64,000 nt of DNA, from contig WRJE01000004.1 of assembly GCA_009782385.1 (NCBI GenBank), positions 1,549 through 65,548 on the forward strand, written 5' to 3'. The notes below the pieces were generated by a model. It saw nothing but the letters and a program-made list of their open reading frames with translations. It made no database searches and was not told where the DNA came from. This stretch comes from Oscillospiraceae bacterium. Lineage in GTDB: Bacteria > Bacillota > Clostridia > Oscillospirales > UBA929. Positions within the stretch are counted from its first letter, which is position 1. The number at the start of each line of letters is the position of its first letter. A program made the translations under genes and the position numbers. Shown piece after piece: positions 15,501 to 24,288 of this stretch.

Positions 15501-17510
15501 ATGAAAAACAAGAAAATCATATCCCTGCTCCTCGCTCTTATATTCGCGTTGGGAATTATCCCCGCGTTTGCCCCTCCCGCAACGGCGGCGAGCGGCGGCA
15601 CAACCATTGACATGGCGGATACCAACCCGCCGTCTAGCGGCACAGGTTGGACATATGCAAGCAATTCCTACACCATACTAGACGGCGCGAATGTGATTGT
15701 CACCGGAAGCAACGGCGGAAGCCAACGGTATGTTGCGGTCGCGATGGGCGCAACGGTAACCGTCACGCTGGACAATGCGTCCATTATTAATACAAGTTCT
15801 TACTTTTGCCCATTTGCGTCACTGAATAATACAAATGTAACGCTTAATCTCAAAGGAAATAACATCCTCACGGCGGGGCTTGCCGTTCCGGGACTATGGG
15901 CCGCGGAAGGTTCTTCGCTTACCATTAACGGTCCGGGCAGTCTGACCGCAACCGGCGGCGATGGCGGCGCGGGCATAGGCGCGGACGAGGGATTTGCCAA
16001 CGGTAATATAACCATAAACAGCGGCACGGTGGAAGCCATAGCGGGCGGCTCGGGCAACTCGGCGGCTATCGGCAGAGGTCACGATGATGGTGGTGGTGTC
16101 TACATCTTCAACGAAATGGGCGTGATTAACATCGTCAGCGGATTTAACTATTTTACAAACACGACAAACAGCGAGGACGGCGCAGCAGCTTCCGATTCGT
16201 TTGTTTGGAGTGATACATACAGATATATTAAAATAGTACCTCACAATCCGGTAATAAGCGTCAATACACAGCCCGCCGCCGCGACAAACCTCACGGCGGG
16301 AAGCATATCCGGCTCATTGTCCGTGACGGCAAGCGCAACGCTTGGCGCGGAATTGAGTTATCAGTGGTACTCTAACACAAGCGCAAGCAATACGGGCGGC
16401 ACGGCTGTCAGCGGCGCAACGGGCGCGAGCTTTACGATACCGACAGCCTTAACGGAGGGAACTTATTATTACTACTGTGTAGTGAGCGGATTGGTAAGCG
16501 CAACGGGCGGCGCGGCTTCCGTTGCGTCTAACACGGCAACGGTGACTGTTGAGGAAAGCTCCGAACCGGAGCCTTCTCCAGAACCGGAATCCGAACCTAG
16601 CCCCGAACCGGAACCCGAACCCGAACCGGGCGATGATTCTCAAAACAGCGGCACAATCAGCCTAACCGATTCCTCCGCGCCGCATATCAACCTCGCGGCG
16701 GAAACAATATCTTTACCGTTCACCGTTGCGGCATACAGTATAGACGGCGGCAAGAAATGGAAAAAAGGCGAACTGCCCACAGACACCAAATGGTACAAAC
16801 TGTTCGATAACAAAAAAGGCTTGGAACTGTGGGTAACAAACGCTTGGAACGATAAAGACATAAAAGAAGATAAAAAGGTCGTGGAAAAGAAAGGCGTTCC
16901 ATCCGGCGCGACTATTATCAAATTCCCCAAAATAGACGGACGACCGAAAGCAAATCAAGAAAAAGTCGCGCCTTGGTACGGAACGGGAACTGAAACATCA
17001 TTTGTACTGAGTAAAAAGGGTAAAACCTTCTCTACTCCAACGAGTGTTTATGAGTACGCTGAAACTTCAGATGGGAAAACCGCAAGCGGCGCGTGGGCAA
17101 TCTTCAAAGACGGCTTGTCCATACCCGATTCCGGAAAAGTCACATGGCTGTTCCGTTCACCGCCAACAGTAGAAGGAAGTAAATATACACCCGGAAGCAA
17201 AGCCTTTAAGTTAAACGCCGTGGCATATGTCAAAACACCGAACTACAAAGCTCCAACCGAAGCGAAAGCGGGTAAACCAACTCTGCTAAAACTGAAAAAG
17301 GGTGACTTCTGCTTGGTGATGATTGACGGGGAAGTTAAGATATTCGGGTCGGCGACTGCCAAAACGGACATAAAGATTGTAGGGGGAACTCCGGGGGCGA
17401 ACGAGATACCTAGCGGCACTTCGGTAAGCATTTGGAAAGCGGCGACAGGTAAGAAACCGCGTTCATCGGCACAGGAACTGACTATGCCGACAATAACGCC
17501 GCCGACATAG
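15501..17510 (+). CDS. Secreted paralog P1: beta-helix-like Gly-rich N-domain, Ig-like segment, Glu/Pro linker, conserved C-terminal module
   Basis: Signal peptide MKNKKIISLLLALIFALGIIPAFAPPATA. Repeated G-x-ITINSGTV/GGAGIG segments. EPEPSPEPESEPSPEPEPEPEP linker. AGGAGGA RBS at the ATG at 15501. Confidence 0.85.
   Translation: MKNKKIISLLLALIFALGIIPAFAPPATAASGGTTIDMADTNPPSSGTGWTYASNSYTILDGANVIVTGSNGGSQRYVAVAMGATVTVTLDNASIINTSSYFCPFASLNNTNVTLNLKGNNILTAGLAVPGLWAAEGSSLTINGPGSLTATGGDGGAGIGADEGFANGNITINSGTVEAIAGGSGNSAAIGRGHDDGGGVYIFNEMGVINIVSGFNYFTNTTNSEDGAAASDSFVWSDTYRYIKIVPHNPVISVNTQPAAATNLTAGSISGSLSVTASATLGAELSYQWYSNTSASNTGGTAVSGATGASFTIPTALTEGTYYYYCVVSGLVSATGGAASVASNTATVTVEESSEPEPSPEPESEPSPEPEPEPEPGDDSQNSGTISLTDSSAPHINLAAETISLPFTVAAYSIDGGKKWKKGELPTDTKWYKLFDNKKGLELWVTNAWNDKDIKEDKKVVEKKGVPSGATIIKFPKIDGRPKANQEKVAPWYGTGTETSFVLSKKGKTFSTPTSVYEYAETSDGKTASGAWAIFKDGLSIPDSGKVTWLFRSPPTVEGSKYTPGSKAFKLNAVAYVKTPNYKAPTEAKAGKPTLLKLKKGDFCLVMIDGEVKIFGSATAKTDIKIVGGTPGANEIPSGTSVSIWKAATGKKPRSSAQELTMPTITPPT
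16674..17507 (+). other. Conserved C-terminal module, copy in P1 (278 aa)
   Basis: SAPHINLAAET...VAAYSIDGGKKWKKGELP...KFPKIDGRPKANQEKVAPWY...LFRSPP...LKKGDF...WKAATGKKP. Alignable to 25450-26235 and 28003-28824. Confidence 0.85.
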
Positions 17511-17579
17511 GTGTTGACAACGCTCGCAGCCCTCTTTATAATGGAAATAGGAATATTTTCTTATAGAGGGGGATGCTTT

Positions 17580-18653
17580 ATGTTATCATTAAGGCAAGAC
17601 GCAAAGTACGCGCTTATCATTCCCACCAGTATCGGTGTGCGTATTCAGCCGCTTAACGGCGTGCCTGTGCATACAAGCGATACTTTTTCCATGCACGTTA
17701 CAAGCGCGGAATCCAATGTCGCGAGCGTTGCCTCGTACCTTGGACTTCCGGTCAAGATTTTGACCGCGTTTGTAAAAGACAGCCCGATATCGGCACTCAT
17801 AAAGAGTAATCTCCGCAGCCGAGGAATGGATTATGAGGGCAGGGATGTTGAGCAGGGCGGTCCGTGGGGTTACAGGCATCAGTTTAATATAGCCGACAGC
17901 GGATTCGGCGTGCGCGGGCCGCGCGTACATAACGACCGTGCGGGTGAAGTAGGGCGTACTCTGAATGTGCGCGATTTTGACCTAGAGCGCATATTCGGGA
18001 GCGAGGGCGCGCAAATTCTTCATCTGTCGGGGCTTATTGCCGCGCTGTCGCCTGAAACGGGCGAGTTTTGCATAGAGCTTGCCAAAGCGGCAAAGAAGCA
18101 CGGCACGTTGATATCGTTCGACTTGAACCATCGCGCTTCATTTTGGAAAAACCGCGAGGGTGAGCTTGGCGAGTTGTTCGGGCGAATAGCGTCCTTGACA
18201 GATATACTTATCGGGAATGAAGAAGATTTTCAGTTGGCTCTCGGTATATCCGGGCCGGAAACGGGCGCGGGAATCGCCGGAAAAACCGACAGCTTTAAGG
18301 CGATGATCGGCGAAGTGAAGAAAGCGTATCCGGACACTTCGGTCTTCGCCAATACTTTGCGGCAAGTGATAAGCGCGAATCGGCATTTATGGGGTGCGCT
18401 CATGCTTGAGGGCGATAACTGGCACACCGCCAGAGCGCGTGAGATAGATGTTCTTGACCGCATAGGCGGCGGCGACGGATTTGTGGGCGGAATGCTGTAC
18501 GGTATTCTTAAAGGCTGGGCACCCGAGAAATGGATTCAGTTCGGCTGGGCTTCGGGTGCGCTTGCGACAACTTATTCCACCGACTACAACCAACCCGCCG
18601 ATGAGGAGCAAATCTGGAGCATATGGCACGGTAACGCAAGAGTTAGGAGATAA
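17580..18653 (+). CDS. PfkB-family sugar kinase (2-dehydro-3-deoxygluconokinase-like)
   Basis: C-terminal DRIGGGDGFVGGMLYG motif typical of ribokinase/PfkB kinases. Start at the ATG at 17580. Confidence 0.8.
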   Translation: MLSLRQDAKYALIIPTSIGVRIQPLNGVPVHTSDTFSMHVTSAESNVASVASYLGLPVKILTAFVKDSPISALIKSNLRSRGMDYEGRDVEQGGPWGYRHQFNIADSGFGVRGPRVHNDRAGEVGRTLNVRDFDLERIFGSEGAQILHLSGLIAALSPETGEFCIELAKAAKKHGTLISFDLNHRASFWKNREGELGELFGRIASLTDILIGNEEDFQLALGISGPETGAGIAGKTDSFKAMIGEVKKAYPDTSVFANTLRQVISANRHLWGALMLEGDNWHTARAREIDVLDRIGGGDGFVGGMLYGILKGWAPEKWIQFGWASGALATTYSTDYNQPADEEQIWSIWHGNARVRR

Positions 18654-18655
18654 GC

Positions 18656-20095
18656 ATGAACAAATCGGACATCGGAATGATAGGGCTTGCCGTTATGGGC
18701 AAGAATCTCGCTATGAATATGGCGGGAAAAGGCTTTGCGGTCAGCGCGTTTGACATTGACGCGGAGAGAGTAAAAGACGTTGACGGAGAAAAAAATATCA
18801 CAGGCGCGTTAACACTTGAGGAGTTCGTGTCGCAGCTGTCGTCTCCGCGCCGTGTTATGATGATGATAAGGGCGGGAAAGCCCGTGGATGAAGTGATAGA
18901 AAAACTGATTCCGCTGCTCTCTCCCGGCGATATTATCATTGATGGCGGCAACTCCCACTTCCCCGACACCATACGGCGTATGCGCTATACCGAGCTGAAA
19001 GGCATACTGTATATCGGCGCGGGTGTCTCGGGCGGAGAGGAGGGCGCGTTGCATGGACCGTCTATAATGCCGGGCGGCTCGGCGGCGGCGTGGAAAGATG
19101 TAAAACCGATTTTTCAGGCAATCGCGGCAAAAGCCCCGGACAGCAGCCCGTGCTGTGAATGGGTCGGCGGCGATGGTGCGGGTCATTTCGTCAAAATGGT
19201 ACACAACGGGATTGAATACGGCGATATGCAGCTCATTTGCGAGGCTTATCACCTTATGAGAGACTTATTGGGCATGAGCGCGTCTGAAATGCACGAGGTT
19301 TTCAAGGGTTGGAACGAACGCGAGCTAAACAGCTACCTGATAGAGATTACACGCGATATACTTGCGGTCAACGATGAAGACAATACACCGTTAGTCGATA
19401 AAATCCTTGACACAGCGGGGCAAAAAGGCACGGGCAAGTGGACTGCAATATCCGCGCTTGACGAAGGCGTACCGCTAACATTGATTGGCGAGGCGGTATT
19501 CTCGCGCTGTCTGTCGGCAATAAAGGTCGAGCGTGTTGAGGCTTCAAAAATCATAAAAGGAACACGGTCAAAGTTCAGCGGCGACAGGCAAGAGTTCATA
19601 AAAGACTTGGGAAACGCTCTGTACGCGGCAAAATTAGTGTCTTACGCTCAGGGGTTCGCGCTTCTGCGTCAGGCGGCGGAGACACATAACTGGGATTTGA
19701 ACTACGGGAACATCGCCCTTTTATGGCGCGGCGGGTGCATTATACGCTCCGCGTTTTTAGGCAAAATAAAAGAAGCGTTCGATAATAATCCAACGCTTAC
19801 AAATCTTCTGCTTGACCCGTTCTTCCGGCAGGTGATGGAAAAATCTCAGCAGGGTTTCCGCAATATCTGCTCTTCTGCGATGCTGAACGGAGTTCCCGCG
19901 CCGGCGTTCGCTTCCGCGCTGAGTTATTTCGATGGCTACCGCTGTCCGTATCTGCCCGCGAATCTTCTGCAAGCCCAACGCGATTACTTCGGGGCGCATA
20001 CCTATGAGCGAACCGACCGACCGCGCGGTGAATATTTCCATACAAACTGGACGGGACGCGGCGGCAGTACGGCATCTACCACATATAACGCCTAG
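18656..20095 (+). CDS. gnd: 6-phosphogluconate dehydrogenase, decarboxylating
   Basis: IGMIGLAVMGKNLAMN, GAGHFVKMVHNGIEYGDMQLI and QAQRDYFGAHTYER are signatures of this family. Confidence 0.95.
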   Translation: MNKSDIGMIGLAVMGKNLAMNMAGKGFAVSAFDIDAERVKDVDGEKNITGALTLEEFVSQLSSPRRVMMMIRAGKPVDEVIEKLIPLLSPGDIIIDGGNSHFPDTIRRMRYTELKGILYIGAGVSGGEEGALHGPSIMPGGSAAAWKDVKPIFQAIAAKAPDSSPCCEWVGGDGAGHFVKMVHNGIEYGDMQLICEAYHLMRDLLGMSASEMHEVFKGWNERELNSYLIEITRDILAVNDEDNTPLVDKILDTAGQKGTGKWTAISALDEGVPLTLIGEAVFSRCLSAIKVERVEASKIIKGTRSKFSGDRQEFIKDLGNALYAAKLVSYAQGFALLRQAAETHNWDLNYGNIALLWRGGCIIRSAFLGKIKEAFDNNPTLTNLLLDPFFRQVMEKSQQGFRNICSSAMLNGVPAPAFASALSYFDGYRCPYLPANLLQAQRDYFGAHTYERTDRPRGEYFHTNWTGRGGSTASTTYNA

Positions 20096-21336
20096 CCTGT
20101 TTGAATCTTACCGCAGCTTAACCGTCCTTCGGGGCATTTGCCGTCCGCAAAGCAGCTCGCTCCGAATTTCGCGAATAATTTTTCGTCTTCCGCTCGCAAT
20201 TTATCAAGCATATCAACAGCGATTTTTCTGATTTCCCATTGCGCTCTCGTACAGCAGCGCAGCTTAAAGAACAAGTCCATCTCTCTGGCGTTCATGGAAG
20301 TTATAACATCCAGAGTGTTTCCGCTCAGCGCGAGATACGCTTCATCGCTGAAACCGTGTTCTCTGAGTTTATGTATAGCTTCCGCGTTTTTGGCAAACGC
20401 GGCACGGTAACGGTTTTCCAAAGAGCCGTTTTCGGCAACCGATGGCGGTATTAGATATCTGTTGGGGTCGGCGTGCCATATCGGCGGGATGATAATTGAT
20501 TGCAGTCTGTGTCTGACTAAATGTGTCAGCCCCGACAGGGAAATATTTCTGATGATATATGCCGCGCTGATAAACTCTAGCAATCTCGGGTTAGTGTTGG
20601 GGAAATTTTGAACACCCCGCGTGCTGTCCGTATATGAAATAAGTTCAACATTTGAATTTGTAACCGCCGACTCGGGCGAAATTTTAGGGAAACACGGTTT
20701 TTCAACGGGACGATGCTCGCATCGTCCTATGTCTTTAAGTATAAACGGGAATAACTCTTCTAACTGTTCGCGGAGCTGATTTCCCAAATCGGTCAGTTCC
20801 CCGTGCATCGCGCCGCGCCCCTCGAAGATTTCTTTCAGCATATGCTGTAACTCCCGCGCGTTAACGGTGCAGTAAAAATTACTGTGAAACGAGTACGGCA
20901 ATAAAAACCGTGCGTCCTCTTTCGGGATTCCGTTGTTTACAAAGTAGTTATATTCACCGAATAAAAACTCAACGTGACTGCGGTAAAGCCGCTCCGCTTC
21001 ATCGGACATTTTTTCCGGTGTGTAGTATCCCATTTTGCCGAAGTCAACATACCTTCTGGATTTTACTGTATATGACGCAAGGCGGAACTCTATAAAGAAC
21101 TGTTCAACTAAAACGGAAACATTTGAAAATGCAATCGTAAAAACGGCGTGTTCGAGAAATGACGTATGACCTGAACGCAGCACTTTTTCTATCAGTTTTG
21201 AGTTGCCCGCGTTATTCTCCGTGTCTGAAAAAATGCACATTGCATCGCCTTGGGTTGTAGAGATACGCGCCGCGCCGGCGCATATCCGTGTGTTTTCCTG
21301 ATTTACCGATATTATCTTTGCTGTACCTTGCGGCAT
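20092..21336 (-). CDS. Two-domain ThyX-like (flavin-dependent thymidylate synthase family) protein with a Cys-rich tail
   Basis: N-domain: RSGHTSFLEHAVFT...ASYTVKSRRY...DARFLLPYSF...NARELQHML (RHR degenerate). C-domain: LVRHRLQS...NAREMDLFFKLRCCTRAQWEIR. Tail: CFADGKCPEGRLSCG. 414 aa, against roughly 220-250 for usual ThyX. Confidence 0.75.
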   Translation of the reverse strand: MPQGTAKIISVNQENTRICAGAARISTTQGDAMCIFSDTENNAGNSKLIEKVLRSGHTSFLEHAVFTIAFSNVSVLVEQFFIEFRLASYTVKSRRYVDFGKMGYYTPEKMSDEAERLYRSHVEFLFGEYNYFVNNGIPKEDARFLLPYSFHSNFYCTVNARELQHMLKEIFEGRGAMHGELTDLGNQLREQLEELFPFILKDIGRCEHRPVEKPCFPKISPESAVTNSNVELISYTDSTRGVQNFPNTNPRLLEFISAAYIIRNISLSGLTHLVRHRLQSIIIPPIWHADPNRYLIPPSVAENGSLENRYRAAFAKNAEAIHKLREHGFSDEAYLALSGNTLDVITSMNAREMDLFFKLRCCTRAQWEIRKIAVDMLDKLRAEDEKLFAKFGASCFADGKCPEGRLSCGKIQTG

Positions 21337-21384
21337 ATTCTTTACTCCTTACTGTTTGTATAATTTAGGCCGCCCGCCAACTTC

Positions 21385-23832
21385 TTACGGATAATCCAAC
21401 AGCCCAAGCATTTTTGCTTTTATCACCGCCTCGCTCGCGCTATGGACACCCAAACGCCTATACAGAAGCCGCACATGAGTTTTTACGGTGTCATACCCTA
21501 CTCCGGTCGCGTCGGCAATCTCGCCGTAAGACATTTTTTTGTTTAGATACGGCAGCATGGCTCGCTGTTGCGCCGATAGCATGGTCGCTTCAATTTTTGA
21601 AGAACCGCAATTCTTATGAATTTTATCAATCAGCTTGTCAAGCCAAGCGGCAAGCGAATCATCGGCGTTCCCGCTCAGTTCCCATAATAGCGGAAGCAAT
21701 TCCATGCCTTCGCTCACAAACAACTGCGTGAAGCCGTAAGGCATAGCAATAGAGACGGCATTTCCAAGATGAACCGTTGCCTCCTCTTTTTCGCCGCCGC
21801 GCATAAGCGCGACAGACACAAGAATCCCGCTCTCGATTATATCCAAAGGACGGCAATAATCAGACGCTAAAGTTTGCAGTCGTTTCCCGAACGCAACGGC
21901 GGCACTGTAATCTTTCAAAGCGATATATGAGCGCAGCGTGGCGAAATGTCCGGCAAGCTGATAGAACGGCAGCTGTTCCAGACGGCAGGCATAAAACTCA
22001 AGCCATTCCCGCGCCGCCGCGCCGGATTCCGCGCCGCCCCCGCCGATTGCCATTCTCGTTTGCAACGCTTTGAAGTTCGGGCGCAGAAATTGCGCCCTGT
22101 TTTCGATGTATGCCCTGACTTCATCCATGATGTCGCCCGCTTCGTCTAACGCCCCCATCGCGTGCAGAACCGCCGCCAAAATCATACGCGCCGAAAACCA
22201 TGTCTCGGGGTGCGCCTTTTCCTCGCAGGAGAAAACCCCGGTTATGGCGTGACGCGCCGCTTTAAGCAGTTCGCCGCGCTCGTAGTATATCCCGGCAATC
22301 AGCGATTGTTCCATAACCTCGTAATCCTTGCCGATCATTACGCCGAACGTGTTTCTGTATAACGCCAAATCTTCCTCTTTCAATTCGTAATTTTCCGAAT
22401 AATCACGCATTGAGCGGTGGAAAAACGGCAGATTGTGCGTAATTGTATTGGTGGTCGCCGATTCGGTTTCCCGCGCCCCCATCGACCGCATCATAACGGC
22501 AAGCATCTTGGCGTACTCAAGCATCGGAACACGCGGGTCAAGACTGCCCAAAAACCCCACCGTTTCTATAATATCGGGGTATTTTTCGGCAATTTCGGGC
22601 AGTTTTTCCTGCAAAACGTCTATCCAGTAGGTAAAATCCTGCATATCGCCGCCCCAGAATGACGCACAGCAGCACTCGACCGTCAGAAACGGGTTTTCCG
22701 CAATAAACGACATGGGCATATACATAACATTCCGGCTTGTGAAATGGTAGCTTGCCTCTATGGATATGTTTTCCGTCTCCTCGTTGTAAACGGTGATTGC
22801 CCGCTCACAGCGGATAATCCCCTCGTGATCCAGATTTTTGAAAAAATACAGTATGCTTTGAAAATAGTTCCCGCGCCCGAAATACCATTCGGCGGTTACA
22901 TTGTTGAGCTTCCGTATTTCATCGCCGCTCAGATTATTATCAAGGCGTTCCAATAAAAACTCGCGGAATATGTCGTGGAAGCGGTAAACGCCGCCGTCAC
23001 ACGACAAAAAAGCGTTGCCCATTTTCATCAGCCGCTCCAACAGCCCGATACCGTCCGTCTGCTCTGTCAGCCGTTCCGCAAGTTCCGGCGTAATTTCGTT
23101 TGGTACAGCCAAACGCAGGAGCGAGATTTTTGTGTCGCGTGTCCACAGTCCCCAAACACGCTTTTCCAGATACTCTGTCAGTGTATGCGATGTCTCGTCA
23201 TATTTCTTGCCGGACAGCAGCAGCGACAGGTATATCGCCCAGCCGCCCGTCGTTTTTATCAAACTTCCGATGTCTTCCGGCGTAAGTCTACCGTCCGGTA
23301 ATTTTATTTCTTTAACCGTAAAGAGAAGGTCGTTCTGTGTCAAAACCTCAAACCGCCCTGTCTCCGTTAAGAGTTCCGAAGGCTCGGAGCGGCTTATCAG
23401 GCACAGGCAGACATAATAGGGCAGGCGGGCGGTAATCAGCGGCAGATTGCCGATAATTTCCTCGTTATCGAGCATATGAAGGTCGTCGATAAGCAAATAA
23501 ACGCGGCTGTGACGTTTGGACAGCAGGTTTATTATATCAAGCAGCCTGTCAAAGCTCACGTTCGCCTGCGGCAGGAGATGCGCCTTATCCATGAGTATCA
23601 GAAGCGCGCGCGCCAGCTTTTTGTAAAACACAAACGGGGCGTTATCGGCCTCTGTCACGGTTATGCTCTCCGTTTTTTTACGCATATAGGATATCCACTG
23701 CCCGGCGGCAACGGTCTTGCCGTAACCGCCCGGGGCGGTTATATAAATGTTCTTCTTCGCCGACATTGTTTTCAGCCTTTGAACCAAGTGTTCGCGGAAT
23801 ATTACATCATCCTTGATATTTACCGTATCCAT
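21385..23832 (-). CDS. MalT-like STAND ATPase / LuxR-family transcriptional regulator
   Basis: Walker A ITAPGGYGKTVAA, Walker B LLIDDLH, a long helical (TPR-like) middle region, and a C-terminal LuxR HTH (LSAQQRAMLPYL...YGEIADATGVGYDTVKTHVRLLYRRLGV). Confidence 0.85.
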   Translation of the reverse strand: MDTVNIKDDVIFREHLVQRLKTMSAKKNIYITAPGGYGKTVAAGQWISYMRKKTESITVTEADNAPFVFYKKLARALLILMDKAHLLPQANVSFDRLLDIINLLSKRHSRVYLLIDDLHMLDNEEIIGNLPLITARLPYYVCLCLISRSEPSELLTETGRFEVLTQNDLLFTVKEIKLPDGRLTPEDIGSLIKTTGGWAIYLSLLLSGKKYDETSHTLTEYLEKRVWGLWTRDTKISLLRLAVPNEITPELAERLTEQTDGIGLLERLMKMGNAFLSCDGGVYRFHDIFREFLLERLDNNLSGDEIRKLNNVTAEWYFGRGNYFQSILYFFKNLDHEGIIRCERAITVYNEETENISIEASYHFTSRNVMYMPMSFIAENPFLTVECCCASFWGGDMQDFTYWIDVLQEKLPEIAEKYPDIIETVGFLGSLDPRVPMLEYAKMLAVMMRSMGARETESATTNTITHNLPFFHRSMRDYSENYELKEEDLALYRNTFGVMIGKDYEVMEQSLIAGIYYERGELLKAARHAITGVFSCEEKAHPETWFSARMILAAVLHAMGALDEAGDIMDEVRAYIENRAQFLRPNFKALQTRMAIGGGGAESGAAAREWLEFYACRLEQLPFYQLAGHFATLRSYIALKDYSAAVAFGKRLQTLASDYCRPLDIIESGILVSVALMRGGEKEEATVHLGNAVSIAMPYGFTQLFVSEGMELLPLLWELSGNADDSLAAWLDKLIDKIHKNCGSSKIEATMLSAQQRAMLPYLNKKMSYGEIADATGVGYDTVKTHVRLLYRRLGVHSASEAVIKAKMLGLLDYP

Positions 23833-23890
23833 ACATAAACCTCCATATTATTTTTTAACGGCGTACCGGGAAATCGGCGGGCGGACGAAC

Positions 23891-23935
23891 GGGGATGGCG
23901 CGTTATACAACCCACCCGGGGTGAGAGGTGAACCT
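23891..23935 (+). repeat. Copy 1 of a ~45-bp direct repeat containing GGGGATG / GGGGTGAG boxes
   Basis: ggggatggcgcgttatacaacccacccggggtgagaggtgaacc, 60-100 bp upstream of the regulator start. Confidence 0.85.
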
Positions 23936-24000
23936 GTTGCAAATGACATGACCCATACCTTATAATAAAGCAGTAACATCACTCCTTATTCTTCTCTTTA

Positions 24001-24053
24001 GAATCCGTGTCCAATCATTTTGAAAAATTTTTTTCATGATTGGATACAGATTC
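24001..24053. promoter_or_regulatory. Inverted repeat with 18-bp arms and a 17-bp AT spacer in the divergent intergenic region
   Basis: gaatccgtgtccaatcat (24001-24018) against atgattggatacagattc (24036-24053). 16 of 18 positions are complementary. Spacer: tttgaaaaatttttttc. Confidence 0.6.
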
Positions 24054-24093
24054 CATTTTAGCATACTTATATGTAATCGGTCAAGCCCCTACC

Positions 24094-24139
24094 GGGGATG
24101 GCGCGTTATGTACAACACACCCGGGGTGAGAGTTGTACC
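24094..24139 (+). repeat. Copy 2 of the ~45-bp direct repeat
   Basis: ggggatggcgcgttatgtacaacacacccggggtgagagttgtacc, 150-195 bp upstream of P2. One indel and a few substitutions relative to copy 1. Confidence 0.85.
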
Positions 24140-24288
24140 GCTCAACTTTACAGGTTAATGTTTCGATAGTTTACACAGAGGGGGGTGTTTGGAATATCAT
24201 ATAAAAATGGGCTTTTTATATGCGGCTTTGGCGGCAAGGACGACCGCCGGAGAAACACCGATACCATTACTTTTAAGGAGGAATTTTT

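Noticed and set aside
23848-23979. A 43-codon minus-strand ORF (MLLLYYKVWVMSFATGSPLTPGGLYNAPSPFVRPPISRYAVKK). It ends 15 nt before the MalT-like regulator start, so it could be a leader or signalling propeptide.
   Set aside because: The AGGAG lies only 2 nt from the ATG. The ORF is largely made of copy 1 of the 45-bp repeat, and copy 2 has an indel that breaks the same frame. The repeat is therefore more likely a DNA-level element. It is still worth checking by ribosome profiling.
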